DNA of 64,000 nt, taken from positions 14,446,001 through 14,510,000 of the forward strand of contig JBHGNT010000003.1 of the NCBI GenBank assembly GCA_043228905.1. Reading direction: 5' to 3'. The stretch comes from Azolla caroliniana (Eukaryota > Plantae > Polypodiophyta). The notes under the pieces are model-generated. The model was not told the DNA's origin. It ran no database searches and was given only the letters and a program-made list of their open reading frames with translations. Below are positions 51,476 to 64,000 of the stretch, one piece after another. Numbering within the stretch: the stretch's first letter is position 1; the number at the start of each line of letters is the position of its first letter. The translations under genes were made by a program, and so were the position numbers.

Positions 51476-54400
51476 TTCGGTGGTAGCCCTTCGTTCAAAT
51501 GGGTTCTTGGGCATAGGTCCTTTGTATGGTTTTAGTCTAAATCCGTTGACCCATTTACCCAGCACCTCGCCGGCAAGTGTCCCTAACTGGTAAGACCCAT
51601 TAAACCCGCGTGTGATCCAGTACGGTCCGGTCCATCTAAACCGTAGTTTGCCTAGCATTTTACCCATCCGGGTCTAGAACACTAGTACCGGCTTGCCGAC
51701 TTCGAACATCTTTTCGTTTCCTTTCCGGTGCCGATCTACAAACGCTTTCCGTCGCCGTTGTTCCAATTCCAGGTGCATAATGCTCGCCAGTCGGTGTTTT
51801 TCCAGTTCACATAGAGCCTTTAACCGAATTGCCTCTGATTCCTTTTCATTGAGTCGTTCCCGAATCTGAATCCGTAAGCTCGGTACCTGGAATTCGACCG
51901 GCATGACTGCCTCTAATCCGAATGCTAACCGGAACGGTGTTGTTTGGATGCTTGTTTTGTATGCTGTCCTGTAAGCCCAGAGCGCACTGTGCAGCTTCGT
52001 GTCCCAATCTGTCCGATTTTCATTGACGATCTTGCGCAGGATATTCTGTAGCGTTTTGTTTGTTGACTCTGCTAATCCGTTGGCTTGTGGGTAGTATGGG
52101 GTGCTCCGTTTATGTACTACCGCATAGAATATGTCAAGCTCTCCACCACCTGTCCAAGAAAGTGCCCTCCTTGGTCACTTATCAGCTTTATGGGGCATCC
52201 GTACCGGCACCAAGTGCATTCATATAAGAATTTTACCATCGACGCCGCGGTGTTATCTGAGGCTTTGGCTTCCACCCATTTAGTGCAGTAGTCCGTCGCG
52301 ACGATCACATACCGGTTGCCAGTTCTCATTGCCGGTGGTTTAAATGGTCCGACAAAATCCAGTCCCCATTTCTGAAATGGTTCTAGCGGTAGTACTGACT
52401 GGTGCGTCATACTAGCTTGTTCCGTTGGTTGGCCCATTCGCTGGCATAGATCACACTCTTTCGTGTACTTGACTGCGTCTTTCAATGTAGTCGGCCACGA
52501 TAGGCCACTTTGCCATATCTTCCTTGCCGTCGCATCTCCAGCATAATAGCCTCCGGCGACTCCGCAGTGTGTTTCCCGTAGTACTACCTCCTTCTCGTCG
52601 TTGCGCACCGCTCGTCGCCATATCCCGTCTGCGCCTTTGTGGTAAAGTGTGTCCCGGAGTAAACAGAAGTGTCGGCTTTGTACCACTAGGCGTTTTCTTT
52701 CATCCCGGTTCATCTCCTCTGGAGGTAATCCGGTGCTCAGAAATTGGTGCATATTCGTTAGCCACTTGTCTTCTAGTGCCACCGTTTCATCTGTTGTCGT
52801 TTCCATACTGACTCGAAATAGCTCAGCATCCGGAAACTCGTCTGGTACTCCATCACCCGTTTCGCCGGAATCTAACCGACTTAGATAATCTGCTACCGCA
52901 TGCTGTATGCCGGGTCGGTGGAATATCTCGAGTTTGAACTCCTGCAACAGAAAAGTCCACCGGGCCAACTTACCGGTAAGCGACGCTTTGTATACTAGGT
53001 AGAGGAGTGCCGAATGATCTACATGGAAGGAAAACTTTCTCCCCAATAAATAGTGCCTGAATTTTGTTACACTGTAGATCATACCTAAAGCTTCCCTTTC
53101 TGTGGTGGAGTTATTTCGTTCAGCTTGGGATAACTTCCGGCTTGCGTAATATACAGGCCGGTACCATCTTGGCTTCGTAAGTTGCATCAGCGCACTCCCG
53201 ATTGCAATGTCGGACGCATCCACGAACACATGAAATTCCTTCGCCCAATCCGGGTGTTGCACTACCGGCGCTTGCGACAATAGAACTTTGAGTGCTCGGT
53301 ACGCCTTATCTTCGGTGTCGGTCCACTGGAACGGTGTTCGGTGTACCGCAGCATGCAGTGGTGTAGCTAGGTCCGCCAAATACCGGAGCATTTGGCTATG
53401 CCAACGGATTTTTCCTAAGAAACGGCTCAATGCCTTTGCCGTTGTTGGTGTCGGTGCCTCCAGGATTGCTTTTACTTTGTCCGGATCTACGACAATGCCT
53501 TCCTTGCTCACAATATGCCCTAGTAGTGTTCCGCTGGACACTCCAAATACACACTTCGCCGGATTCAAGCTTAGCCGGTACGCCCTACACTTCTCTAGAC
53601 ATAGTCTGAGGTGCTGCAAATGATCTTCTTCTCGGCTATAGACGGCGAAGTCGTCAAGAAACACCTGCATAAAAGCCAGTATGTATTCGCCAAAGATCTC
53701 CATGATAATCTGTTGGAATGTTGTCGGTGCCGTTTTCAGTCCGAACATCATCACCACAGCAACAAACACTCCCCATTCGGTGGCGAAAGCCGTTTTCTCT
53801 TGATCATCAGGGTGCATCTGGATCTGATTATACCCGCTGAATGTGTCTAAGAAACTGTAGACTTCATGGCTAGCGACGGCATCCAAAACTCCATCCGTAA
53901 ACGGAAGTGGAAATGCATCCATTACCGTTGCCGCATTGAGCTTCCGGTAGTCGACACAAACTCTAATTTTGCCGTTCTTCTTCGGTATGACTACAATCGG
54001 GCTCAGCCATGTAGATTTCTTTACGGGACGGATGAAGCCAACCCTCAGAAATTTGTCGATTTCCTCCTTGACTTTGGTGGCGTAGTTTGGGTTCATTCGG
54101 TACCCGACGTTGTGCTACCGGCTTGGCGTCTTTGCTCAGATGTATCTGGTGCTGATACAACTGAGGATCCAGCCCTCTCATATCCTCGTAAGACCAGGCA
54201 AATACGTCGCAAAACTCGTTGAGGAGTGTAATTATCGCCGTTTTGTTCTCTGCATTCATTTCTTTGGCGATGTGCACCGGTTTTGCCTCCTCCGCCGTTC
54301 CTAGATTTACCTCTTCTAATTGAGACGCTTTTATGCGCTGTGATATGGCCATTTCTCTTTCCAACGCCTCCTGCGCTTGCCGTAACTTCCGGATTGCTTC

Positions 54401-56999
54401 TTTATCCGGTTCCGCTTCGGTTCCGTCCGGTTGCAGTAAGTAGGGTGATACCGCTTCGGCGACGTCAATTTCGAATAGGGGTACAATCTTCGGGTTCTCC
54501 TGCAAGTACTGATCTTCTTCTTCGTCTGCTAATCCTTCCAGCATATTGATGCACTCTGCATATAATGGTGTCAGATCCTTGCCAGTGCCCTTCCTTGGTT
54601 GTGTTGGTACCCGTACCTTCGCTTTTCCCCGCCGGAACGTAATCATATTCCTCCTCCAGTTCGGCTTGATGTGTGCCGTCTTTAACCAAGGGCATCCCAA
54701 CAATAATGGGTACGTTCCTTGAGCCTGCAACTAAGAACTACGGCTGAGATTCGGAATGTGTGGCCCCTGATGATTACTTCTAAGTCTCGTATTAATCCTG
54801 TCGGTCGCACCGAGCTTGTGTCCGCTCTTGGATTCCAAGAGCATCGAACGTCCGGAGGCTTATTACATTAACGTCGGAGCCTCCTTCTATTATCGTGCCG
54901 GGGAGTTCTTTCCCTTTCACAATGGTAGTAATTGTCGGATTGTTGGTGTCCACCACCGCCGGTCCCTCCTCCGGATTTGAGAAGAATGTCGGAGCCGGTG
55001 GAGTTCCGCCTGTCGTCATGCCGGACTTGAGTCCTTCTATGAATCTTGGTACTAGCTGCAAGAGTCGTCCTAACGGCAGCGTGATCTGGCATTCCTGCAA
55101 TGCCTGCCATGTCGCATTTTCGAACTGACTGCCGCCGGCGAGCTCTTCGGTGTTCTCCTTTTGTTGCGCAAGTTTTGCTATGTTTCGCTCATTTGCCTTT
55201 TTCACCCATTCCGTTGCCTGTTTCCGGATGGCCTCTTGTGTCTCCCATTCCGTCGTCTTGCCCTTCGACCTTGTGGTGACCTGCTATAGGTCTGCAACTT
55301 CGGCGACTACCATGTTTACTGTCGGTCGCTTATCATAGCTCTTTGCCGGACATTGATTACTATAATGTCCTTCTTGCCGGCAATAATAGCAATATGCTTT
55401 CCGGGTATTGCTGGATTCGGCATTGTTTCCTGTACCCGGTGGAGGACCTGTGGTAGTCGCGGGGCTCTAGTCCGGTTGGCTGCTTGAGGCGCCTTTTTCC
55501 GGTTCACGTGGGTGGCTCCCTTTTTTGAAATGTCGTTTTTTATTAAAGTTCTTTTTGTTGCGGTACCCTTGCCGGGGTTGGTCGTCATATCTCCCGTAAT
55601 CTTCCCGCCGTTGGTGATACTCGGGGCAGTGATCCTAGTTGTGATGCTCGTACTGTCCATTGTAATCTCAGTACTTGTCATATCTCTTGTACCGGTCATA
55701 GTTGTCTCGTTGATCGTCATACCGGACATCCTGTGCCGGTCGATATCGCTCCTCTCGCCGCCAGCGTTCGTCTTCTTCGTCTCGGTTGCTACGTGGCTTG
55801 ATTTGCCGGACTGGTGGTGCTTGCCGATTCAATAAGTTATATTCGCACTGGTCCATCGTGTGGCTCGTAGAGTGGCAGAGTAAGCAGTGCGTCAACATGG
55901 TGCACTCCAGTGACGAGTGTCCGGTGTTCAAGCAGGTCGTGCATTGGATTGCTTGCCGGAAACGGAGATCCTCATCGGTTGGTAACACTCGTTGGAGGGC
56001 TCCCATTGTTAACCAAGAGCTCGTTTTTTCCATTTCTCTAACCCGGTCGATGACCTGGTCGACGGTGCTTGTGCGAAAGTCGATGACCGTGCATACCGTT
56101 CGTAGAGGTTCCCGGAGCGCGGCTAAAAATATAGCCCGTGTTTCTTCCTCCGGAGGTGCGCGGGTAAGCAGACTGTGCATCCGTTGAAACCGGATGACAA
56201 ACTGCGGGATGCTCTCCCCGGGGTCCTACCGGATGGTATAAAGTAAGCCCACCATTTCTCGTTGGTCCACCTCCTTCTGAAAGAAGTGCAAGAATTTGTC
56301 TTTCAGGTCCACAAAGGTGGTGATGGTGCTGGGGTCCTGCGTCCGGTGCCATCTGGCGGCCGGTCCTTCCAATGTCATGCCGAATTCGGCTATCTTAGAT
56401 TGTTCCTCTCCGGCCGCGGTTAACCGTTGTGACACATGGTTCGCCTCCCATGTTTGTTGAAATGCATGAACATGAGCCTCCGCATCCGGGTCATCTCGAT
56501 ACTTGGAGTACTAGAACGGCATGTCGTCGTCCGGTGTCGGTACACGGGCTGGCGGTGTCGATGGTCTTTCCTGTTGTTCCGTCGGCGTCGGAGGTCTTTG
56601 CCGGTCTTCCCTTGGTGTTGTCGGCTCAACTTCCGGTGTCGGAGGTCTTTCTTTGTCTTCTTCTGTCTCCGGAGGTTGCTCCATGTCTAGTGTCGGGGGT
56701 TCCCAGTCTGCCAACTCTGGTTCCAGTGTTGGTATTGTATCCGACTCCTCGTCCTCCGGTCCTCCTGGGGTGTCGTTACTGCTGCGATAGTTCGTGTGCG
56801 CGCTGTAACCCCCTTCCGAATTTGATTCCAACGCTGAAAATGCTTCGGATTTGCCGTCTCTTCCGGCCAAGGCCTCGAGAAGGGATTCCGCTTCCCGAAG
56901 ACTGCTTAAGCTGCTTCCTTCGTCCGGGTAGGCGTTTTGTTGCAGACGGAGCGACTCCTCCGCCACTTTCTGGATCACTTTGGAAAATGATCGATCCAT
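51476..56999 (-). pseudogene. B gag-PR-RT-RNase H-integrase
   Basis: 659-aa ORF 52117-54096 with FLDD, VDASD and WGLDFVGP; KLRFRWTGPY; collinear with C. Confidence 0.92.
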
Positions 57000-57156
57000 T
57001 CGGATTTCTTCCGCTGCTTGCCGGAAAGCCTCTCACCGCCTTCTCCGTTAAGCAAGTCTTCGTGCTCTCTTCGTAACCGGGTCGTCTGTTAGCCTAGTCA
57101 TCCATTCCCGTCGTTGTTCACTGCGATTATACAGGAATCGTGGTCACCAAAAACTG

Positions 57157-57616
57157 TGTTACTCCTAGGGCCGGACAACAGCCTAACACAGGGTGTCCAC
57201 TTAAGACACTTCACCAAAGGGTGGTACGGCAGAATGACTTACGGCACAACGCTTAATTAGACCTTAATCGATTACTTAATAATACATCATTAACACGCGT
57301 AAGATATACAATAAGCACAGAACGGTAATCAACATTGAAAGATTAAGGCAATAAGTTCTATTAATTATCCGCTCTCGATTACATTGTAACCGGGCCTCTA
57401 TATAGGTCTCCGGTGCAAAATACAAAACGGTGCCAACCGGAACCTTTTCGGGATCGGTCCGGATCCAGATTGGCATACCGATTCCGGTCCGTCCGTCCAC
57501 ATCTTCTCATATATTACTATATATTTTAAGACTACTAATTACAATAGTTCCCAAATAAACTATTCCTTTCACACTCTGGTTTGGATCTCCTTAAGCCTTC
57601 TTGCCAACCAGTAACA
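57157..57616 (-). repeat. 5' LTR of B
   Basis: Partner of 31737-32196. Confidence 0.95.
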
Positions 57617-60308
57617 TTCACCACGATCCTGGCTTTGTACCTTGGGGGGTTGCCGGCATCTCCCGGTTTCAACTTGTACACCCACTTATTCCGGAGTGCC
57701 CGCTTTCCTTTCGGCAACTCCACCAATTCATACGTGTGGTTCTCATGCAGGGAATCCATCTCGTCCTGCATGGCACTCAACCACTTGCGGTTGTGGGTGT
57801 CCTCCTTTGCTTCTTCGAAGCTTTCCGGCTCCCCCTCATCGGTTAGCAACACGCGCTCTCCATCCGGAAATCTCTGGGGGGCCTTCTCTCTTTGAGAGGA
57901 TATTTGCATCTTTGGTTTCCGGCAACCGGCTCCTCTGTTTGTTCTTCATCCGAATCCGATTCAGGATCTTGGCCGGTTCCGGTTCCTGCTTCATCTTCTT
58001 CTTCTTCTTCTGCCGGTTCGGTTTCCTCTCCGTAACCGGCCGGTTCTTCGAGTGTCGACCGGCTCTTAGCCGGGTAGGTCCGTATCTCATCGAACTGATC
58101 CTTACCGGTCGACTCAGAGTTCATTATCTTCTTCTCCGACTCCCAGTCGGCAAGGGTCTTGTCCTCCATGAAGATAATATCTCGACTCCGGAAAACCTTC
58201 TTGTCGACTGGATCCCACACTCGGTAGCCAAACTCATCATCACCTTATTCGAGGAATATGCAAGGCCGGGACTTTGGATCCAACTTTGCTCTCCGGCCCT
58301 TTGCAACATGCACGTAAGCGAGACACCCGAACACCTTCAGGTGCCGGTAAGACACTTCCTTACCGGTCCATACTCTCTGTGGCATGTCTCTGTCCAAGGG
58401 CACTGAGGGTGATCTGTTTATCACATACATCGTTGTTGACAGCGCCTCAGCCCAAAACGTCTTGGGTAGCTTAGCATGTGCTAGCATACTCCGGACCCTC
58501 TCCATTATGGTCTGGTTCATCCTCTTGGTCAGCCCGTTTAGTTCTAACGTCTTCGGCACAGTAAATTCGAGCCGGATTCCCTTCGAGCAACAGTACTCCT
58601 CAAACTACCCCCGGTATTCGCCTCCATTATTTGCTCGAACCGCCTTCAGCTTCCGGCCGGTTTCTCTTTCCACTCTCGCGTGGAGCTCCTTGAAGACGGA
58701 TAACACCTGATCCTTCGTCTTCAAAGGTGTGGCCCACAACTTCCGGTTGTGGTCGTCTATGAACGTCACGAAGTACTGCGATCCGGCATGTGACTTCATG
58801 TCCACTTGACACACATCGATATGCACCAGCTCCAGTAGTACATTACGTCTCATCAGTGGCCTTGATCAGAAGGAGGTCCAGTTTTGCTTACCGGCCAGGC
58901 AGTCGGTGCACCTCTCAAGATGCACGTCCTTCACCGGAATGAGGTTTTCTTCGGCAAGCTTTCTCATCCCCATCTCGCTCATGGGACACAGTCTCTTGTG
59001 CCACAGCTCACCGGCAGTGTCGGATGCTACGTTCACTTCTTCCCGGCATAACCGGGCATTCATTAGGTACAGTGTGTTGACTTTCCGGGCCCGAGCCACT
59101 ATTAGGCTCCCTTTGCAGAACTTCATGACACCGTTCCGGATGCTACCTGTGTAGCCTTCATCATCTAGCCAACCAACTGATATAAGGTTCAGTTGAACCT
59201 CTAGAACGTGTCAGACATCCTTTAGCAACAACTTGCATCCAGTTGATGTCGTCAACAACACATCTCCTATGCCGATAATTCGGCATGTCCCTTCATTCCC
59301 CATCCGAACACAACCATGATCACCGGCCGTGTAGGATGAGAAGCATTTCTGGTCTGAGGTAAGGTGGAATGACACTCCGGAATCGACAACCCACGTTGTC
59401 TCGTCGTCGGCAAGATTCAACTCACTCTCCTCGGTGATGAGCATCAACTCTTCTTCACTTGCTGTGATTGCCGTCATTCCCTTCCGGTCCTGTCCCCTCC
59501 GGTCTTTACCGTTCCGGTCCGGTGACCGCTTCAAATCGGTGTTGTCAGTTTCCTTGTCTTTCCGGAAATGCCGATAGTTCCTCTGGAAGTGCCCCGACTT
59601 CCCACAGTAGAAGCAAGTGGGCCTTCCCCTTGACTTTGATTGTGTCCCCGACTTTTCCCAGTTTTGGGGACTCCGGTTCCTTTGTGTTCCACGTTCCGAT
59701 TTGGTAAGGAGCGCTTTGGAGTTGAAACTCGTATCCTTGTCTTTTCGACGTGTCTCCTCGTCTAGCAAGGTCGACTTGACTCTTGCTAGGGATAACTATT
59801 TCCCTTCTGGCCCAGTGTTGCCCAAAGTGACAATTAACGTCTCCCAGCTATCCGGGAGGGAACCGAGCAGGAGTAATGCTAGTACCTCATCGGCGAGAGG
59901 TACTTCCAACCATGTTTCCTGGTGAATTAGCCCCTGGAAGGCATTCATGTGCTCCGCCATGCTGGAGCCATCTTGGTGCCGGAGCCGCACTAGCTTCCGG
60001 AATACTGAAACCTGATTAACAACATTTTTGTTCTGGAACATAATGTCGATCTTCTCCCAGAGCTCATGATCCTTACTCTCCTCATTGAAGTTGTTGTACA
60101 GGCTCATGTCGATGAAGCACCGGATGTAAGCTGTTGTCTTCATGTGCATCACCTCCCATATCGTGGCATCGATCTTGTCCGGTCTCTTGTCCCCGAACTG
60201 AACCGGCAACCAAAGATCTTTAACCATGAGCATGTCCCTCATCTTTGACTTCCACACTGAGTAGTTGGAGCTGGTGAGCTTGAACATGCCTCCCAACGAA
60301 TCTTCCAT
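57617..60308 (-). pseudogene. Copia I gag-PR-integrase and start of RT
   Basis: KLTSSNYSVWKSKM, CFYCGKSGH, WVVDSGVSFH, LWHKRL, FVTFIDD, FWAEAL, KWVYKLK. Confidence 0.92.
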
Positions 60309-60339
60309 TTTTCTGTGTCGTTTCGCTCTGATACCAGTT

Positions 60340-60610
60340 TATTGAGAATATGCGGAATAATCTTCGGCCACAACCGAGACTTAGATCACTTAATGATAAT
60401 CAAACACAGAAGAAATGAGAAATGGAAGTAAGTACACAAATAGAAGAGAATGCACAAGATGTTAATGTGGAAAACCCTAAACGGGAAAAACCACAGGAGC
60501 CCACAGACTCCAAACTATCACTATGTCGAGAGGAATACAACAGGTAAACACGGAGGCAGCGACCTCGTCCTCACACTCTTCGCCTGGCGGCGGTTATAAC
60601 AGAGACTTAC

Positions 60611-60660
<50 letters not shown>

Positions 60661-61124
60661 ACGCTCTGTACAGTAGTTACACTCAATAACTCTATACAAA
60701 ATAATGACTACACAATGATACACACTGTTTGCCCTAGGTCATATTTATACTAATATGACATTAGGACTATTTACATATATGGCCCCAATGGGCTCTCAGA
60801 AACATATTTTCACATATGTCCTTTCATCCGGTGAGACCTTCTCACTGGGCTTGCATCATCCGGTTCTCATCGGGTCTTCCTTGCCAGGTACTCATCATCT
60901 GGTTCTCACCGGGTCTTCCTTGCCGGGTACTCATCATCCGATTCTCACCGAGTCTTCCGTTGTCGGGTACTCATCATCCGGTTCTCACCGGGTCTTCCTT
61001 ACCGGGTACTCATCATCCAGTTCTCATCGGGTCTTCCGTTGCCGGGGTACTCATCATTCGGTTCTCACCAGGTCTTCCGTTGCCGGGTACTCATATCCCA
61101 TCCGGAGGGACCGAAATCCTAACA
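60340..61124 (-). repeat. 5' LTR of Copia I (785 bp, six 39-41-bp repeats)
   Basis: Partner of 29773-30392. Confidence 0.93.
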
Positions 61125-61275
61125 ATATGCTACTCCAAATTTGAGTATTGTTTGTATAATATATTCTTTACTATCTCATTGAAATATCTAATATTTCATG
61201 TGCTTATGTAAATTTTTTTCTAGCATAATTGATAATACCCTTATGTAAATATATTTTCGACTCTTTATTAATACT

Positions 61276-61308
<33 letters not shown>

Positions 61309-61389
61309 TGTATCTCACTGATTAATTTAAACCCCTTTTGATGAACTCACGTGCTATCATACAAGTTTTGATAGTGAAGCCCCCGAGCC

Positions 61390-62030
61390 AAGTAGGTTGC
61401 TCTTCTTGAATGTTTAATATTTAATGCGCATAAGAGATATGTGAGACATTTGCCCATATATGTTTTCTTAAAAGAAACATATATGTCAAGAGTCCTTATT
61501 TCCCCCTCGTTTACCACAAACTTTGTCCGTACGCTACCTAACCTCAAGTCTCGTAATTTCGATGGAAAACACCAAAGTGCAACCTAATGGTCAAGCCAAA
61601 TGAGCCCTCTTTTCGTAGTAGGCCCACGTGGCCCATCACATATGGTTACATCATTACGAATGCCTTTTGTAAGAATGATCTCATGGTGGCATTGTATCCA
61701 TGTAATGAGAGAGGGATGTTGGATATGTGTGTCATAGGAGCGACCTCACATGAAGTGGGTCAAGCCCTACGTTCTCAACATCATTATGGCTATAGGCATT
61801 TCTTTACGTAATAAAATCGAAGTCACCAACAGGGATGTCAACAATAAAAAATTGTTGAAAAAAGGGATGGTGACAACACCATTCTCACAAAAATGTGAGG
61901 ATGGCCACCAAAATCCTTTCCCTGAAAAGGAAAACATTCAATATTAAAATCACGTAATAACTTATATACACATATGTATATTATCGCATATATACGATCC
62001 AATACGTGTACATGTGACCACATATGCATA
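61390..62030. repeat. Unclassified diverged repeat, copy 1 (copy 2 at ~63380-64000)
   Basis: Shared collinear blocks such as TAGTAGGCCCACGTGGCCCATCACAT and GACCTCACATGAAGTGGGTCAAGCCCTA. Confidence 0.8.
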
Positions 62031-62256
62031 TATTAAACAAATCGTTACATCAAATAGCCAAAAATGATGTAATCGAGATACGTAATCGAGGCCCCCAGGC
62101 AAGTTCACACTTGGCCTAATGGGTTGTCTCAATCCCGAGGATTAAAAGCAATCCTCCCCTTCTTTACACTCTTGGTTAACCCTCACACTTATCCACGTGT
62201 ATAGAATACTACGGTAAATTCTCAGCACAGGATATTATATGGTCATGCCCGTAACA

Positions 62257-63015
62257 CGGTGGGACAGTGCATTACACATCGAACCCACAATTGAGCTTCA
62301 TTATTCTTCATATAATATGTCCATTATACTCTGGTCCAAGGCCTCGAGTGGTTCTTCCTCCGTCATTTGTTGTTGATGTTGCTCTGGTTGCTGATGTTGT
62401 TGATCCAACTGTTGAGACTATTGTTGCTGCTCCGGACCGGCTTCCTCCGTCTGCTCTGTTTTGGCTCTTTCTGTCTGTTGATCCAATTGTGACTCTAGTT
62501 GTTAGGGTCCTACCCCCACCAACTGTTCCTCATCGCTGATGTTGATTTGCTCTGCCCACCGTGCAACATCCTTCTTTTGGTGCTCCTGCTTATATCCTTC
62601 TAGCTGCAATTACACGTCGAGTTGATCATCTACAAGTTCGTTGACGAACTTCCGAACTGCCTCTATCTATGTGTCGGTCAGGGCATAAAAATCCTCTGAC
62701 AATTCCTCTTGGATGGTGACTATGCTTTCCTCATCCATCTTATAGAAATCGTCTCCGTCCTTCCGGTTTGTCGCATCCGCCCAGAGCTTTTCTAGTTCAG
62801 ACACTTGTTTTGATCATTGATACCAATCTGCCGCCGAACAATGGACTATCCTTGTTTTCATCTAGTCCCTCCATGCTCCTACTAGCATCTAGATTCTTCC
62901 GATGCCCATTTTGACTTTGTCTTTTGTGGCCACCCTTTTGTTCCTTAGCTGCTTGATGAGGCATGTCGTTGTTGTTGCTTGCACTTTGTACTCCATCAGT
63001 TTGGTTTGGTAGGAT
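62257..63015 (-). mobile_element. Fragment D: 3' end of an extra ORF plus the PPT-position motif of a fourth related Gypsy family; short LTR-like sequence ends at 62256
   Basis: Manual minus-strand translation gives LWADATNRKDGDDFYKMDEE...ELSEDF and ...DQSIMDILYEE*. Confidence 0.75.
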
Positions 63016-64000
63016 GAGGTTTCATTATCCCACATCAATACCACACTATACATATGAGATGACGTTCAAGATCAGGTTACTATGGTAACACAAAGGTGTT
63101 TTAAAAACCATGGGGGAGATAAATGAATATATTTCCTTTATTTCTATATCGATTTTCTCATGGCGGCTCCTCGAGGCTCAACCAAGTATGTTCGCGGCAT
63201 GAATAGTTTATACACGAAAAAATGTTAACAATAAACTATGTCTCTATGCCCACCCATGTGGTTTCGGCTCTTTAAGTCCTATTACGTTGTCATATGTATC
63301 AATATTGTTATATGGTCTTGGTCATATTTGAACTTGAGACCTTGAGAACAAATACATTAAACACTTGTCAAGTTAACCAAATGGTTTGCTCCTTTTAAAT
63401 GTTTAATGTTTATATATAAGAGAGATACGCAAAGGCATTTGCCCATATATGATTTTTAGATGAAAAAATGTGTCTAGAAACCTTATTTCCCCCTTGTTAA
63501 CAAGAAAACTATGTTGGTACGTTACCCAACCTCAAGCCTCATCATTACGATGACATACCCCAAAGTGCAACGTAATGGTCAAGCAACACATAGTAGGCCC
63601 ACGTGGCCCATCACATGGTTATTACAAATGCCTTCCGTAATGATCATCTCATGGTGGCATCGTAATCATGTAACGAGTAAGGAATGTTGGATGCGTGTGT
63701 CATACGGGTGACCTCACATGAAGTGGGTCAAGCCCTATGCTCTCAACATCATTGTGGCTATGATTGTTTCATTCTAACGTGTAGCGAAATCGAGGTGACC
63801 AAGGGGAATAACAAAAAAACATTGTTTAAAGGATGGTGACTAAACCTTTCTCACAAAAAAAATGAGGACGGCAACCAAATTCCTTTCCCCGAAAAGGATA
63901 ACGTTCAATATTCCAAAATCACGTAGTAAACACTAATGTACACATATTTATGTTTATCACATGTATATGATTAAATACATATACACGTTATTACATATGC

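Larger units (their letters stand above)
31737..57616 (-). mobile_element. Non-chromovirus Ty3/Gypsy element B (gag-pol + extra ORF), inserted in the Copia I RT
   Basis: Exact TSD TTCAC splitting KARIVV|KGFQQKKG; 460-bp LTRs 31737-32196 and 57157-57616 (about 14 differences); candidate PBS TGGTGACCAC at 57140-57149. Confidence 0.95.
29773..61124 (-). mobile_element. Ty1/Copia element I, outermost member of the nest
   Basis: Exact TSD ATATG (29768-72 / 61125-29); LTRs 29773-30392 and 60340-61124; iMet PBS TGGTATCAGAGC 60325-60336; PPT AGGGGGAGTT 30393-30402. Confidence 0.95.

Noticed and set aside
60854-61091. 39-41-bp repeats as a CRISPR array
   Set aside because: No spacers; the array lies inside an LTR.

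Overview
Eukaryotic plant genomic DNA, probably from a non-seed land plant (inferred from the retroelement lineages). Most of the window is nested, decayed LTR retrotransposons, with one intact 7-exon host gene for a membrane-anchored receptor-like kinase (21314-23526). Left block (1-15.8 kb): 3' end of Gypsy element A, truncated Copia H, and an old Gypsy G with a tRNA-Trp-like PBS. G is split by a chromovirus solo LTR and by Copia F, which itself holds a solo LTR. Right block (29.8-61.1 kb): a four-level nest with exact 5-bp TSDs, Copia I > Gypsy B > Gypsy C > Tcn1-like chromovirus E. Main observation: the non-chromovirus Gypsy elements A, B, C (and fragment D) have no polypurine tract. In its place is a conserved sequence resembling the 3' part of tRNA-Arg(UCU), with a covarying hairpin inserted in the T-loop. 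In A, B and C it ends in CCA exactly 2 nt before the 3' LTR, suggesting tRNA-type priming of the plus strand. These elements also carry a ~900-1000 aa extra ORF after pol. The chromovirus LTRs carry Pol III A/B boxes at tRNA spacing, and E has a Tf1-type self-priming PBS. tRNA identities are recalled from memory and need a database check; divergence figures are hand counts.
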